Notes: generated by a model not told the origin, from the sequence alone. DNA of 23,397 nt from a bacterium (GCA_046757025.1 JBHHXN010000077.1:1-23397); one strand, 5' to 3'; numbered from the stretch's first letter, positions 8,119-17,776 are shown. Numbers and translations are program-made.

Positions 8119-8943
8119 TTACTGAAAATTATGAAATTTGGAAAAAAACAAATTGACGATGATGAACGAAAAAAGCAGCCAGTTAAAACCCACCACCGAT
8201 ATGACAGCCGCGCGACGCCCCTGCCACCCGATGGATTTGCGCGTGACAAAATGGGCCACGTAAATGGCCCAGGAAAAAATGACCGCAATCAATTTGGGAT
8301 CCCACGCCCAACTACCCTCCCAAACATTGATGCCCATGTAAAAACCCACTAAAATTCCCAGTGTCACCAGAACCAGCCCAATATTGACCGCGTGATTGCT
8401 GAGTTTGTCGATGAAATCGAGGGATGGCAGACGTTCAAAGAAAATGCCCAAATCCTTTGATTTCATCTCCCGCGCCAACAAAATGTACATGACGCTGGCA
8501 ATGAAAGAAATCGCAAATGCAGCGTACGCGGAAATTAAAACCACCACGTGCAGCTCGAACACAACATTGGTCAGCACATCGGCCAACGGCTTATCAATGT
8601 CGATAAAACCGCTGGAAATCGCATGTAAAATCAAAACAATCGGAATAAAGAAAACGCCCATTGTGCTCTCTTTTAAGCTGACTTCCAACGTCAAGTACAC
8701 CAGCACCGACAGCCAGGAGAAGGTCGTCAAAACCTGATATAAATCACCCACCGGTAAATGACCAAGCCGCAGACTGAGTAAAAGCAAATACAAAGAATGG
8801 AATAACACGGCGCTGCCCAGCCAAATTCGGATTTGTGACACCGACTGCTGTTCCTTTGCTGTGAAATACCGCAAGTAATAACCAAAACTCACCGCGTATA
8901 AAACAAAAATCAACCATCTAAGAAAAAACATGAGTTCTTTCAC
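8119..8943 (-). CDS. CcsA/HemX-like cytochrome c assembly family membrane protein
   Basis: about 8 TM helices, WWD-type motif WEGSWAWDPK, His residues (FELH, KFHNF), LPSLDFIDKL; position directly upstream of a hemA-like gene is the usual ccsA/hemX-hemA linkage. Confidence 0.85.
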   Translation of the reverse strand: MKELMFFLRWLIFVLYAVSFGYYLRYFTAKEQQSVSQIRIWLGSAVLFHSLYLLLLSLRLGHLPVGDLYQVLTTFSWLSVLVYLTLEVSLKESTMGVFFIPIVLILHAISSGFIDIDKPLADVLTNVVFELHVVVLISAYAAFAISFIASVMYILLAREMKSKDLGIFFERLPSLDFIDKLSNHAVNIGLVLVTLGILVGFYMGINVWEGSWAWDPKLIAVIFSWAIYVAHFVTRKSIGWQGRRAAVISVVGFNWLLFSFIIVNLFFSKFHNFQ

Positions 8944-8988
8944 TTTTCTTAGCTCTTTCTAATTTTTTAATATGGGGATTAAATCGTT

Positions 8989-9030
8989 TTTTCAATTTGA
9001 AAATTTAACACTTTCAATATTGAAAATCAA
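8989..9030 (-). promoter_or_regulatory. sigma70-type promoter for the ccsA-like gene overlapped by two palindromes
   Basis: minus-strand TTGATT (9030-9025)-17-TAAATT (9007-9002); TTTTCAA-T-TTGAAAA (8989-9003) and TTTCAATATTGAAA (9012-9025). Confidence 0.55.
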
Positions 9031-9278
9031 GGGGGAAAACGCGAAAGTAATAATAACAAGCGGGAACGGTATTAAGACAAATGGGCTCGATAGCATTCCC
9101 TCTGAGCCTGGGTATTTTTATGCAAATTATCCCTTAAACCTTATGAACAACTCAAAACACAAAGTGAAAAATGCAAATTTCAAAGTTGATAGTTTTTCTC
9201 AGCCTCACCGTTCCAGGCAGGGATTCCACCCTAGGCCAGGAGGCTTTCGGGAAGACAGGGTCGTTTTCGTTCAAACAC

Positions 9279-9410
9279 TAATTAGCGTCCATCCGTAATC
9301 GTCATTCCCGAGTGCTGTTATCGGGAATCTCGTACCTAATTGACCAATGGATTCCCGCTTAAGGATGCAGGAATGACAAAAAAAAGCTCTTTACGGATGG
9401 ACACTAATTA
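9279..9410. mobile_element. MITE family A, copy 2
   Basis: terminal IR TAATTAGCGTCCATCCGTAA / TTACGGATGGACACTAATTA (19/20); internal GTCATTCCCG..CGGGAATC and GATTCCCGC..GGAATGAC palindromes. Confidence 0.8.
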
Positions 9411-9428
9411 TTATCTTTTACCAGATTT

Positions 9429-11030
9429 TCAAATAGCTGCCGGCGCGCCAACTTCTTGATCGGATAATTTCTCGTTTTGGGATGATTGTTTATCGTCTTT
9501 CTTAGCCGACTCAGATTTCAGGTACGCATTGGGATCATGATAAAGGGCTCCCGGCGGTAGCCATTCCCACAAAGGTCCCAGATCCCGCTTGATCCATTCA
9601 TAATAAAATTCCGGCAACTCCGTGGTTTCTCTTTCGAAAAACGCTCGCACCTGTTTATCTTCATCCATTTTTCGACGGATGAGACTATATCGCTTAATTC
9701 GCCCAAAGCCTTCAGACGAGACGGCACGAATGACGTTCATCCAGCGAGGAATGGATTCGCGAACCGCAAAAAAGCGTCGAGAAATTGCTCGCCAGGAAAA
9801 AGTATATTTGCTTAAATCGATGACATGATCGTAAAACTCCGGCCAGGAATAATTCTTCGGCTTCACATTCATGGCATGATTGTTATTCAAAAAATGAAAT
9901 GGAAACGGCAGAACGCGATTCTCTCTCTGGTATTGGAGATTCAGCGGAGCCGCCTGACCAAACGCAGACAGCAAAGAGTAGCCGTTGAACACCCCCGGCG
10001 ACAGATCGACAAAACGCTTGGTGAGCTCAAACGGTTCCGGGCCTTCGTCTCCATCCAGACCGAGGACAAAATTCGCCTGTACGTAAGGAATATAATCCAT
10101 GATCATATTCACGTGGTCTGAAACGTGGCGCACTTTATCCAGTCCTTTGTTTTTGCCGCTTTTGGATTTGTTGCCCAGATCGTACCACGACTCGATTCCC
10201 GGCAGCAGCGCTTTAAAACCGTTTTTTTGCAATCGTTTCAAACGGTCTTCCGAAAGCAGCGACAGACTGCTCTCTGCAATAAAATCGATGCTGTTTGGCG
10301 GCACCGCCGCCTCGATGGCATCCAATTGATCGTCAAAACGCACGCCAAAATTCGGATCATGCCAGGCTACATGCGGTCGCTTGAATTTCTTCAACAGAAA
10401 CCGTAAGTCTTCTTTTAAAATTTCCGCATCCAAGGACTGATAAGGAATTTCCGAGTCGATACAAAAGCTGCAAGTATAAGGGCAGCCGATACTACTGATC
10501 ATGGGGACGATTTTGATCAAGGGCGCTTTTTGCAGAGTGAGCTCCACGAATTTCCATCGTTCTGCAATCCCGGGCAAAGTACTGGGTTGTTGCTGAACCG
10601 ACAGATGCAACCCCGTGGGACGGTGGGGCGCCCAATCGTGTAGAACGTCCTGAATGATGGACTTATTTGTGAAGCCCAGAACGTAATCAAAATATTTCTG
10701 AGCATCCTGCGGATAACAGCGAGCATGCGGCCCACCTAAAACAGTCACCGCTCCTTTTGATCTTAAAAAATTGCTCAACGCATAAGCCAGTTGTGCGGCT
10801 TGCGTAAACGCCCCGATGAAGGCGATATCGTACTTTTCGGAAAGTTCTTCGTTGAGCTTTTCACAACCGGTGTAGCAAACAAAATCGACTTCGTGCCCTG
10901 CCTCCTCACACCACAACGCCACCACCTGCGGCATGATGCTCACCAAATTCGCATGCATGATGCGCGCGTAGATTGATCGATTAAATCCTTTTGTAATGAG
11001 ATCTAAAACCGCTATCCGAAGTTTCCTCAT
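9429..11030 (-). CDS. radical SAM protein with N-terminal B12-binding-like domain
   Basis: CPYTCSFC (CxxxCxxC), VTVLGGPHA, GIES, NFVLGLDGD; RBS AGGAGGG. Confidence 0.85.
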   Translation of the reverse strand: MRKLRIAVLDLITKGFNRSIYARIMHANLVSIMPQVVALWCEEAGHEVDFVCYTGCEKLNEELSEKYDIAFIGAFTQAAQLAYALSNFLRSKGAVTVLGGPHARCYPQDAQKYFDYVLGFTNKSIIQDVLHDWAPHRPTGLHLSVQQQPSTLPGIAERWKFVELTLQKAPLIKIVPMISSIGCPYTCSFCIDSEIPYQSLDAEILKEDLRFLLKKFKRPHVAWHDPNFGVRFDDQLDAIEAAVPPNSIDFIAESSLSLLSEDRLKRLQKNGFKALLPGIESWYDLGNKSKSGKNKGLDKVRHVSDHVNMIMDYIPYVQANFVLGLDGDEGPEPFELTKRFVDLSPGVFNGYSLLSAFGQAAPLNLQYQRENRVLPFPFHFLNNNHAMNVKPKNYSWPEFYDHVIDLSKYTFSWRAISRRFFAVRESIPRWMNVIRAVSSEGFGRIKRYSLIRRKMDEDKQVRAFFERETTELPEFYYEWIKRDLGPLWEWLPPGALYHDPNAYLKSESAKKDDKQSSQNEKLSDQEVGAPAAI

Positions 11031-11709
11031 AGTCCCTCCTTTTTATGAACCTGTTTACATCATTTCCATCCGGCACCCTTGCCGAGCCAAAATTCCATCA
11101 GTTCAAAACCCGGCCCAAAATTAGATTCAGGAAATCCTGTGCTTCACAGCCCGGTTGTGACCCTCGCCGTTGAAGTGAATGGTATCAACTTGCGGTTGCT
11201 ACATAATCTATTTTTTATCAGTCACTCTATTCACAACATTCCATCAAAAAATACCAAAAATGAAAAACGCGAAATCCTTTTTGGTTATACTTTTATTGAA
11301 ATCGGATAGATCAATCCCACAGGCTTCAACCTGTCATTCACCTAATGTTCAAATTTATCCGAATTAATTGAATAAAAGTGAGTGCATACATACAGGGGAT
11401 AAGTGTATAAATTTAATAATCTGAAGACAATTGTCAAATAAAAAATACCTTTTTCCACTTTTTATGGTCAGAAAAATGGATTTTTTCCTATAATGTCAAT
11501 AATTACAAAGTTAAAACCAATTTTGTGCCTGCAATGCCTGGTTTCCCAATTCACTTAAAATTGTTATCAAAACGCAGGAATCGAAAATCAGTGCTGAAAC
11601 CACACAGCTTTTGGGGAATGAAGCTACGCGTTGAGCACCGCTTCATATTGGCGAACAATTTGAATTGGCACAGCAGCATATCGTCCCATAAAGTATCACC
11701 GCTTCTAAA

Positions 11710-11800
11710 TAGTGATTGACCGAAAACTCGATTCTTATTGTCATTCCTGCGATCTTTTATGCAGGAAAGACAGGTAATGGCTGTTTTCAGTCACTCACTA
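11710..11800. mobile_element. MITE family B, short copy
   Basis: terminal IR TAGTGATTGACCGAAAAC / GTTTTCAGTCACTCACTA (16/18); internal TTCCTGC..GCAGGAA; left end matches the right end of 17851-18053 at 19/20. Confidence 0.7.
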
Positions 11801-11981
11801 AATAAATTAAAATTCAATAGTCATATTATCAAAATAAATAATCATTTAAAAAAGTATTGGTTTTCCGCACAAGCTCCTGTAGGCGGCTATATTTATAGCA
11901 AACAAGCTGTTCCTTCCGGGTGAAATCCCAATAAATACAGATTCGCAATTTTGAATTTCAAACGACCGAGGAGTCATTTGC

Positions 11982-14201
11982 GTGAAAATCTTTTCCAACA
12001 TTAAAGGCGATATTATGGGGGGCATAACGACATCGGTGATAGCGCTGCCCCTGGCCATCGCCTTTGGTGTTGTGGCTTTCGCCCCTCTGGGCGAGGAGTA
12101 CATTGCCCAGGGTGCCCTGACCGGACTCTATGGCGTCATCGTGGCGGGGATTCTAACCAGCCTTTTCGGCGGCACGCCTGGACAAATTGCGGTGCCCACT
12201 GCGCCCATGTCGGTAATGGTCACCTCGATTATTGCCACGCTTTTGAAGGACCCGCAAATAGCCGCTATGAGGGATAATCAGGTAATGGTAATTCTGGTTT
12301 TGGTTTCCATGACGATCTTCATGGCGGGAGTGTTACAGCTCATCATGGGCGCGGTAGGCGGCGGTAAATTAGTCAAATTTATCCCTTACCCGGTTATCGC
12401 CGGCTTTATGAACGGCATCGCCATTATCATTTTTCTCGGGCAACTGCGGCCGTTGTTTGGCGTGGCGAAAGACACCAAATTGACTGCTCTTTTCCTGGGA
12501 CAGGCTGGCATTCGATATGAAACCCTCATTGTCGGAATGGTAACCATTCTCGCCATGATGTTCTCCAGGCGAATCATTAAAGCCATACCCGCCTCATTAG
12601 TCGGTCTGTTGTGCGGTGTGGCAGCTTACTTTTTCATCGGAAAAATATTCAATCCGACCCTTTTGCAAATGCAAGATAATCCGCTGATCATTGGCCACAT
12701 ACCAAGCGTCCTTCCGACGCCGAAGCAGGTGGTAAATTTCCTCAGTATCAGTGGCAGCATTCCTTTAAACAAATTGAGCAATTTAATTATCCCCGCGTTG
12801 ACTTTGAGTATTTTAGCGTCTATCGATACCTTGTTGACCTCTGTGGTGACCGACATGGTCACCAAATCCAAGCACAACAGCACGAAAGAACTGTTTGGTC
12901 AGGGCATCGGCAACATGGCTTCTGCCGCGTTCGGAGGCCTGCCGGTCGCCGGCTCCACGCTGGCCACCATGGTCAACGTCAACGCCGGCTCCCGCACTCC
13001 GCTGGGCGGCATTGTCAACAGCCTGACCGTCCTGTGCATCGTCCTGTTCATGGGCAGCCTGGTACAGTGGATTCCCATGGCCGTGCTCGCCGGAATTTTG
13101 CTGCTCACATCCATTTCCATGATCGAGTCTGAAAGCATCAACCTGTCGCTAAAAAAATCCGCTCTGGGAAATTTGTTAGTCATCGTGGCAGTTACCGTAA
13201 TAACCGTTGCCATCGATTTGATCATCGCGGTCATGATCGGATTGATCATCACGACTTTTTTGTTCATCAAAGAGCAGATCGGCAAATCCATCGTGCGCCG
13301 AATGTACACCGGCAATCTCGTGCACTCCAAAAAGATTCGAAGCCAGGAGGCGATGAATATTCTGGAACAAAAAGGCGACTTGATCAAAATCTATGAGCTC
13401 AACGGCTCGTTGTTTTTTGGCACCTGCGATAAACTGCTGGCTGAATTAGAAAAGGAGCTGGACAGTTTCAGCATCATTCTCGATTTCAAACGCGTGCACA
13501 CCATCGATTTGACCGGTGCGCAGCTTCTAAAACAAATCGTCGAAAGGGTAAAGGAAAAGGGCAACCATTTGCTCATCAGTTACCTGGACATGCCAGGCAA
13601 TGAAGACAAAGAGCGCATGGTGCGTCTCATGCGGGACGTCAGCGTCATCGAGGCCATCGGAACAGAATTCATTTTTCCCGACACCGACCAGGCGCAGGAA
13701 TGGGCAGAAGATGCGCTCATTCAAAGAGAGCTGGATGCCGCCAACATCCCCAAAGAAAGATTGACCGTAAAAAGCCTGAATGTATTCAAAGAATTGACTC
13801 GTGAACAATTGAAAATTGTCAAGAAACACATGCACCCCATGAAATATAAAAAGTCGGAGCTGGTTTTTAAAGAAGGCGATCCGGGCGATAAAATTTATTT
13901 CATTCTCTCAGGCGGAGTCAGTGTGCTGGCAAATATATCTGAGAACGGTCGCGCCCGCCGGCTGGCAACCTTCGGTGAGGGAGTGTTTTTTGGCGACATG
14001 GCGATTTTGGAAGAGCAGCCGCGTTCAGCATCAGTCCGGGCTGACTGCGATACCGAGCTTCTGTACATGACCGTCGATGATTTTCGCCATCTCGTTACCC
14101 ACGAGTCTTTGTTGGCTTCAAAAATGCTCCTGGGCATGGCCAGAGAATTGTCGTATCGCTTGCGCCTGACGACTATCGAAGTGCGGACGCTGGAAGAATA
14201 A
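11982..14201 (+). CDS. SulP/SLC26 anion transporter with STAS and cyclic-nucleotide-binding domains
   Basis: GDIMGGITTSVIALPLAIAFG, PYPVIAGFMNG, KELFGQGIGN; STAS NGSLFFG/IDLTG; cNMP FGDMAILEEQPRSASV; RBS GAGGAG. Confidence 0.92.
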   Translation: MKIFSNIKGDIMGGITTSVIALPLAIAFGVVAFAPLGEEYIAQGALTGLYGVIVAGILTSLFGGTPGQIAVPTAPMSVMVTSIIATLLKDPQIAAMRDNQVMVILVLVSMTIFMAGVLQLIMGAVGGGKLVKFIPYPVIAGFMNGIAIIIFLGQLRPLFGVAKDTKLTALFLGQAGIRYETLIVGMVTILAMMFSRRIIKAIPASLVGLLCGVAAYFFIGKIFNPTLLQMQDNPLIIGHIPSVLPTPKQVVNFLSISGSIPLNKLSNLIIPALTLSILASIDTLLTSVVTDMVTKSKHNSTKELFGQGIGNMASAAFGGLPVAGSTLATMVNVNAGSRTPLGGIVNSLTVLCIVLFMGSLVQWIPMAVLAGILLLTSISMIESESINLSLKKSALGNLLVIVAVTVITVAIDLIIAVMIGLIITTFLFIKEQIGKSIVRRMYTGNLVHSKKIRSQEAMNILEQKGDLIKIYELNGSLFFGTCDKLLAELEKELDSFSIILDFKRVHTIDLTGAQLLKQIVERVKEKGNHLLISYLDMPGNEDKERMVRLMRDVSVIEAIGTEFIFPDTDQAQEWAEDALIQRELDAANIPKERLTVKSLNVFKELTREQLKIVKKHMHPMKYKKSELVFKEGDPGDKIYFILSGGVSVLANISENGRARRLATFGEGVFFGDMAILEEQPRSASVRADCDTELLYMTVDDFRHLVTHESLLASKMLLGMARELSYRLRLTTIEVRTLEE

Positions 14202-14322
14202 GCGAATTATTTTCCCCTGCTGAAATCAAAAACACTTTCTGGTTGATCTTGTCTTGATTTCAATACGAATCATCATTAGTACGATTCCATCGAAACCTGC
14301 TATCAGCCCATCCATTTTTTAA

Positions 14323-14351
14323 TTGATTAAACTCCAAATATTTTGTAAAAT
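14323..14351 (+). promoter_or_regulatory. sigma70-type promoter candidate for the nucleotidyltransferase pair
   Basis: TTGATT-17-TAAAAT. Confidence 0.4.
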
Positions 14352-14378
14352 ACGAAAAAGACGATGGTATTTATTTAT

Positions 14379-14835
14379 ACCTAAACTGAGCGATTCTTCA
14401 TTGGTGGAAATTTCGGTGTCCAAGCTTTAGCTTGCAGGGGTGAGGGGGGAGGAACACGCTGAAGAGTCTGTGTGAATAGTACCCGTGCAACCCTTTTCAA
14501 CTTCGTTTTCCCTGGATGTCATTCTGGATGTATCTTTTAAATAAACATTATTTTACGTCCAAAATAAAAAGATTCCTACGGAATGACAAAATCGAGGATT
14601 TATAGTATTAACACTGAACTTTTGCATTTTTTTGCCAAGAAAAATAAAAATCGAAAACCGGAAACCGAAATTCGTCGTCTATAGATTTTGAAATAGACAA
14701 GCCAACTCTGGAATTCCTTTTTGCGAATTTCGCTTTTCGGTTTGCGGCTTTTCGCTGCATTAGGTTTTTTCACACAATCGCGAACGAATCAATTCACTTG
14801 TGTGTATAGTCAAGCTTAAATCACTCAACTCAGGT
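14379..14835. mobile_element. composite, apparently nested MITE/REP region
   Basis: outer IR 14379-14395/14819-14835 (13/17); REP unit 14415-14434; second unit broken after 14464; inner GTCATTC..GAATGAC pair and CGAAA-type repeats. Confidence 0.5.
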
Positions 14836-14887
14836 TCTACTATAAATGTTGCCATTTATTGATCTATCCAAAATATAAGGTGTTGTT

Positions 14888-15433
14888 TTGGATGACATTC
14901 TAAAAATTCTACTTGAAATTGTTTCAAAATTAGATACAATCCAGATACCATATTATGTCAGCGGCTCCATGGCAAGAAATCTGTACGCTGAACCGAGATT
15001 CACCAACGACATCGATATTGTAATTGAATTGCATCCAACACAAAGAGAAAAAATAGTAACCCTTTTTAAACAAGATTTTTATATCTCGGAGCAGCAAATG
15101 CAGGATGCCTTTGATAAAATAGGATTTTTTAACATAATTCATTTTGAAAAAAGCATCAAATGCGATTTTATTTTATGCAAATCTGATTCTTTCTCCAAAC
15201 AATGCTTTCAAAATCGAACCAAATCAATCATAGAAAACAAGGAAGTTTATTTCATTTCGAAAGAAGATTTGATTCTTCAAAAACTTCTCTGGCGCAAGGA
15301 AACTCTCTCAGAACAACAGCTAATGGATGTAAAAAGCGTCATTGAAAATCACCGCGAGGAATTAGATACTGAATATTTACTGGGATGGAGTCAAAACCTT
15401 AAAATTGAAAAGGACCTAAAAGATCTGTTATGA
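14888..15433 (+). CDS. nucleotidyltransferase-fold protein (DUF6036-like)
   Basis: YYVSGSMARNLYAEPRFTNDIDIVI (GS..DxD), EDLILQKL, QQLMDV, LDTEYLLGW; TTG start. Confidence 0.8.
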   Translation: MDDILKILLEIVSKLDTIQIPYYVSGSMARNLYAEPRFTNDIDIVIELHPTQREKIVTLFKQDFYISEQQMQDAFDKIGFFNIIHFEKSIKCDFILCKSDSFSKQCFQNRTKSIIENKEVYFISKEDLILQKLLWRKETLSEQQLMDVKSVIENHREELDTEYLLGWSQNLKIEKDLKDLL

Positions 15434-15699
15434 GCGATACAACTCCCGAAATTCGGGAAATGCTGGTTAAAAGATTTCGAGCCATGTCGGCCGAAGAGAA
15501 AATGAAAAAGACCAGCAACATGTTTGCCACCGCAAAAAAATTTGCTGAAATTGCGGTCAAGAGAAAAAATCCATCCCTGACGGGCGTCGATCTAAAAATG
15601 GCTATTTTTCGGTGGATTTATCAGAAAGAGTTAAGTACAGCAGAACTGGACAGGATTGAAAAGCGCATGCGGGAATTTTGCCAAAGCCACTTAAAATAG
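15430..15699 (+). CDS. small basic helical protein, partner of the nucleotidyltransferase
   Basis: ATGA overlap with upstream stop; MSDTTPE...RAMSAEEK N-terminus typical of partners of this nucleotidyltransferase group. Confidence 0.75.
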   Translation: MSDTTPEIREMLVKRFRAMSAEEKMKKTSNMFATAKKFAEIAVKRKNPSLTGVDLKMAIFRWIYQKELSTAELDRIEKRMREFCQSHLK

Positions 15700-15827
15700 T
15701 GAATTACATGCGTATTCAGTTGAGCGCTACCTATTTGCATTCTACCATTAAAATTTCAGGAATGCTTTGTTAAACTCAAACGACTGCATCTCGTCTTTTA
15801 CCCTCTTTTTTAATAAAGCATTTTCCC

Positions 15828-16238
15828 TCAACCTATCTTATACGACGTCACGATATCCGCAGTTTTCCCCACCATGCCGGCCACCGAACAGTATTTGTCC
15901 ATGGAGAGTTGAATGGCGCGTTCCACATTCTTCGGTTTGAGATTTTCGCCTTTGAAAAGATATTCCAAACTGACTTTCGTAAACACGCGCGGATGCTCCT
16001 CTGCCCTTTCAGCTTCCAGGTTGATTTGAAAGTCCGTGACCTGGGCGCGCATTTTCTTGAGCATGAGCCATACGTCGATGCCGGAGCAGCTTCCGAGCGC
16101 CATGAGTACCATCTCCATGGGACCGCTGGCGGCGCCCGCGCCGCCGTCCTTCTGCGAGGTGTCCAAAATAACCCAATGATTGGAGTCTGATCTGGCGACA
16201 AAGGCACTGCCCTGAATTTGCTTAATCGTCGCTTTCAT
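15828..16238 (-). CDS. OsmC/YhfA-family protein
   Basis: PMEMVLMALGSCSGIDV and LSMDKYCSV two-Cys signature. Confidence 0.9.
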   Translation of the reverse strand: MKATIKQIQGSAFVARSDSNHWVILDTSQKDGGAGAASGPMEMVLMALGSCSGIDVWLMLKKMRAQVTDFQINLEAERAEEHPRVFTKVSLEYLFKGENLKPKNVERAIQLSMDKYCSVAGMVGKTADIVTSYKIG

Positions 16239-16299
16239 ATTGGCTGTGTTCCTGTTATCTGTTAAATAAAGTTATCCAGTGAATACGCTTCTTTTTTCA

Positions 16300-17475
16300 T
16301 CAAATTAACTCTAACTGTTTACCCACTTTTTCAAATACGCCCACCGCAAAATCCAGATCATCTTTTGAATGCGTGGCAGAATTCATGATGCGGATGCGGT
16401 CTTTGCCTTTGGCCACGGTGGGAAAACTGATGGCCATGCCAAAGATACCGTTTTCGAATAGCGCTTTGCTGAAATCCTGTGCCATTTTGGCGTCGCCAAT
16501 CATCACCGGGGTGATGGGCGTGGTGCTCAGGCCGAGATCGAATCCCAATTCTTCTAGCTGCGATTTGAAGTATCGGGTGTTGTTCCACAACTGTTCCACC
16601 AAGTCGCCGGATTGGGTGAGAATATCCACGGCCTTGATGCAGGCAGCGACATCGGCGGGCGTAACCGCGCTGGAAAAAAGAAATGGCCGGGCGCGCTGGC
16701 GCAGGTAATCCACGATTTTCTTTTTGCCGGCGACGTAGCCGCCCACCACGCCAAAGGCTTTGGACAGGGTTCCCACTTCGATGTCCACTTTGCCGTGCAA
16801 GCCAAAATGGTCGGAGATACCGCGGCCGGCGTTGCCCAGTACTCCCTCGCCATGGGCATCGTCCACCATCACCATGGCGCCGAATTTCTCAGCGACTTCC
16901 ACGATATCCGGCACCGGCGCGATATCGCCATCCATGCTGAACACGCCGTCGGTAATGACCAATTTGCGTCGGGCCGCGACTTCGCTTTTTAAGTATTCCT
17001 CCAGAGAGGCCGCATCGCAGTGCTTGTAGCGCACCACTTTGGCTTTGGTCAGCCGGCAGCCATCGATGATGCTGGCATGATTGAGCTCATCCGAAAAGAT
17101 GATGTCCTCCGGCCCCATCAAGGTTGGGATAGTCGCCAGATTTGCGTTGAAACCTGATTGAAATGAAATGGCCGCTTCCACGTCTTTAAATTTAGCTAAC
17201 TTTTCCTCCAGTTCGTTGTGCAAAGTCATGGTGCCGGCGATAGTGCGAACAGCGGCCGGCCCCACGCCATACTTTTCAATGGCTTCCTGAGCGGCTTTTT
17301 TTAATTCGGGATGGTCCGCAAATCCCAGATAGTTATTCGCGCACATGTTCAGTACTTTGTGGCCATCCACTTCGATCCAGGCGCCTTGTGCAGTGTCAAT
17401 GGTACGAATGTTGATGAATAATCCCTGTTCCTGGAGATTTTTAATTTCAGAATCTAAGAAACTCAAATCAGCCAT
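16300..17475 (-). CDS. kbl: glycine C-acetyltransferase (2-amino-3-ketobutyrate CoA ligase)
   Basis: [42 protein letters not shown] lysine; adjacent to tdh. Confidence 0.88.
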   Translation of the reverse strand: MADLSFLDSEIKNLQEQGLFINIRTIDTAQGAWIEVDGHKVLNMCANNYLGFADHPELKKAAQEAIEKYGVGPAAVRTIAGTMTLHNELEEKLAKFKDVEAAISFQSGFNANLATIPTLMGPEDIIFSDELNHASIIDGCRLTKAKVVRYKHCDAASLEEYLKSEVAARRKLVITDGVFSMDGDIAPVPDIVEVAEKFGAMVMVDDAHGEGVLGNAGRGISDHFGLHGKVDIEVGTLSKAFGVVGGYVAGKKKIVDYLRQRARPFLFSSAVTPADVAACIKAVDILTQSGDLVEQLWNNTRYFKSQLEELGFDLGLSTTPITPVMIGDAKMAQDFSKALFENGIFGMAISFPTVAKGKDRIRIMNSATHSKDDLDFAVGVFEKVGKQLELI

Positions 17476-17721
17476 ATTGAATCCTCCGCTATGTAAGGAA
17501 TATTTTAATTTCGCTGTTAATAACTCATGTTTCGCACTTAGATAATTTAAACAAAAACAAATAAGTTCAAGCTGATGAATTCGTATTTAAGTAATTAATA
17601 TTATAGATATTACATTAATATTCCAAAACCAGAGTAATTGAGTTGTTATTTGATAATCCTGCGGTCTGTAACAAAGACCCTTTCTACTAGTAAATCGAAA
17701 AGTCGATTTAAAAAGACTTTT

Positions 17722-17776
17722 TAAATAAATGGCTGCATTCTAACATTTTGGAATTCTTGTAACTTTAGTAATGATA
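17722..17776 (+). repeat. dispersed repeat also present at window positions 1-55
   Basis: 44/55 ungapped identity with 1-55. Confidence 0.65.

Noticed and set aside
9190..9270. Cobalamin riboswitch, Moco motif or HDV-like ribozyme on the minus strand
   Set aside because: GGTGGAATCCC..ACGGTGA lacks the upstream GGGAA and has wrong spacing; the HDV-like GCCTCCTGGC gives too short an L3 and no convincing P2
8972..9298. 108-aa plus-strand ORF
   Set aside because: Overlaps the ccsA-like promoter, ends inside a MITE IR, no recognisable motif
11079..11923. Short plus-strand ORFs as possible RiPP precursors for the radical SAM enzyme
   Set aside because: No RBS or precursor-like composition, opposite strand, two overlap a MITE
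14623..14637. sigma54-like TGGCA..TGCA on the minus strand
   Set aside because: GG-N9-GC spacing instead of N10, and inside a repeat element
16300..17475. bioF or ALA synthase assignment
   Set aside because: Same fold, but adjacency to tdh and lack of biotin genes favour kbl; dual KBL/AONS activity cannot be excluded
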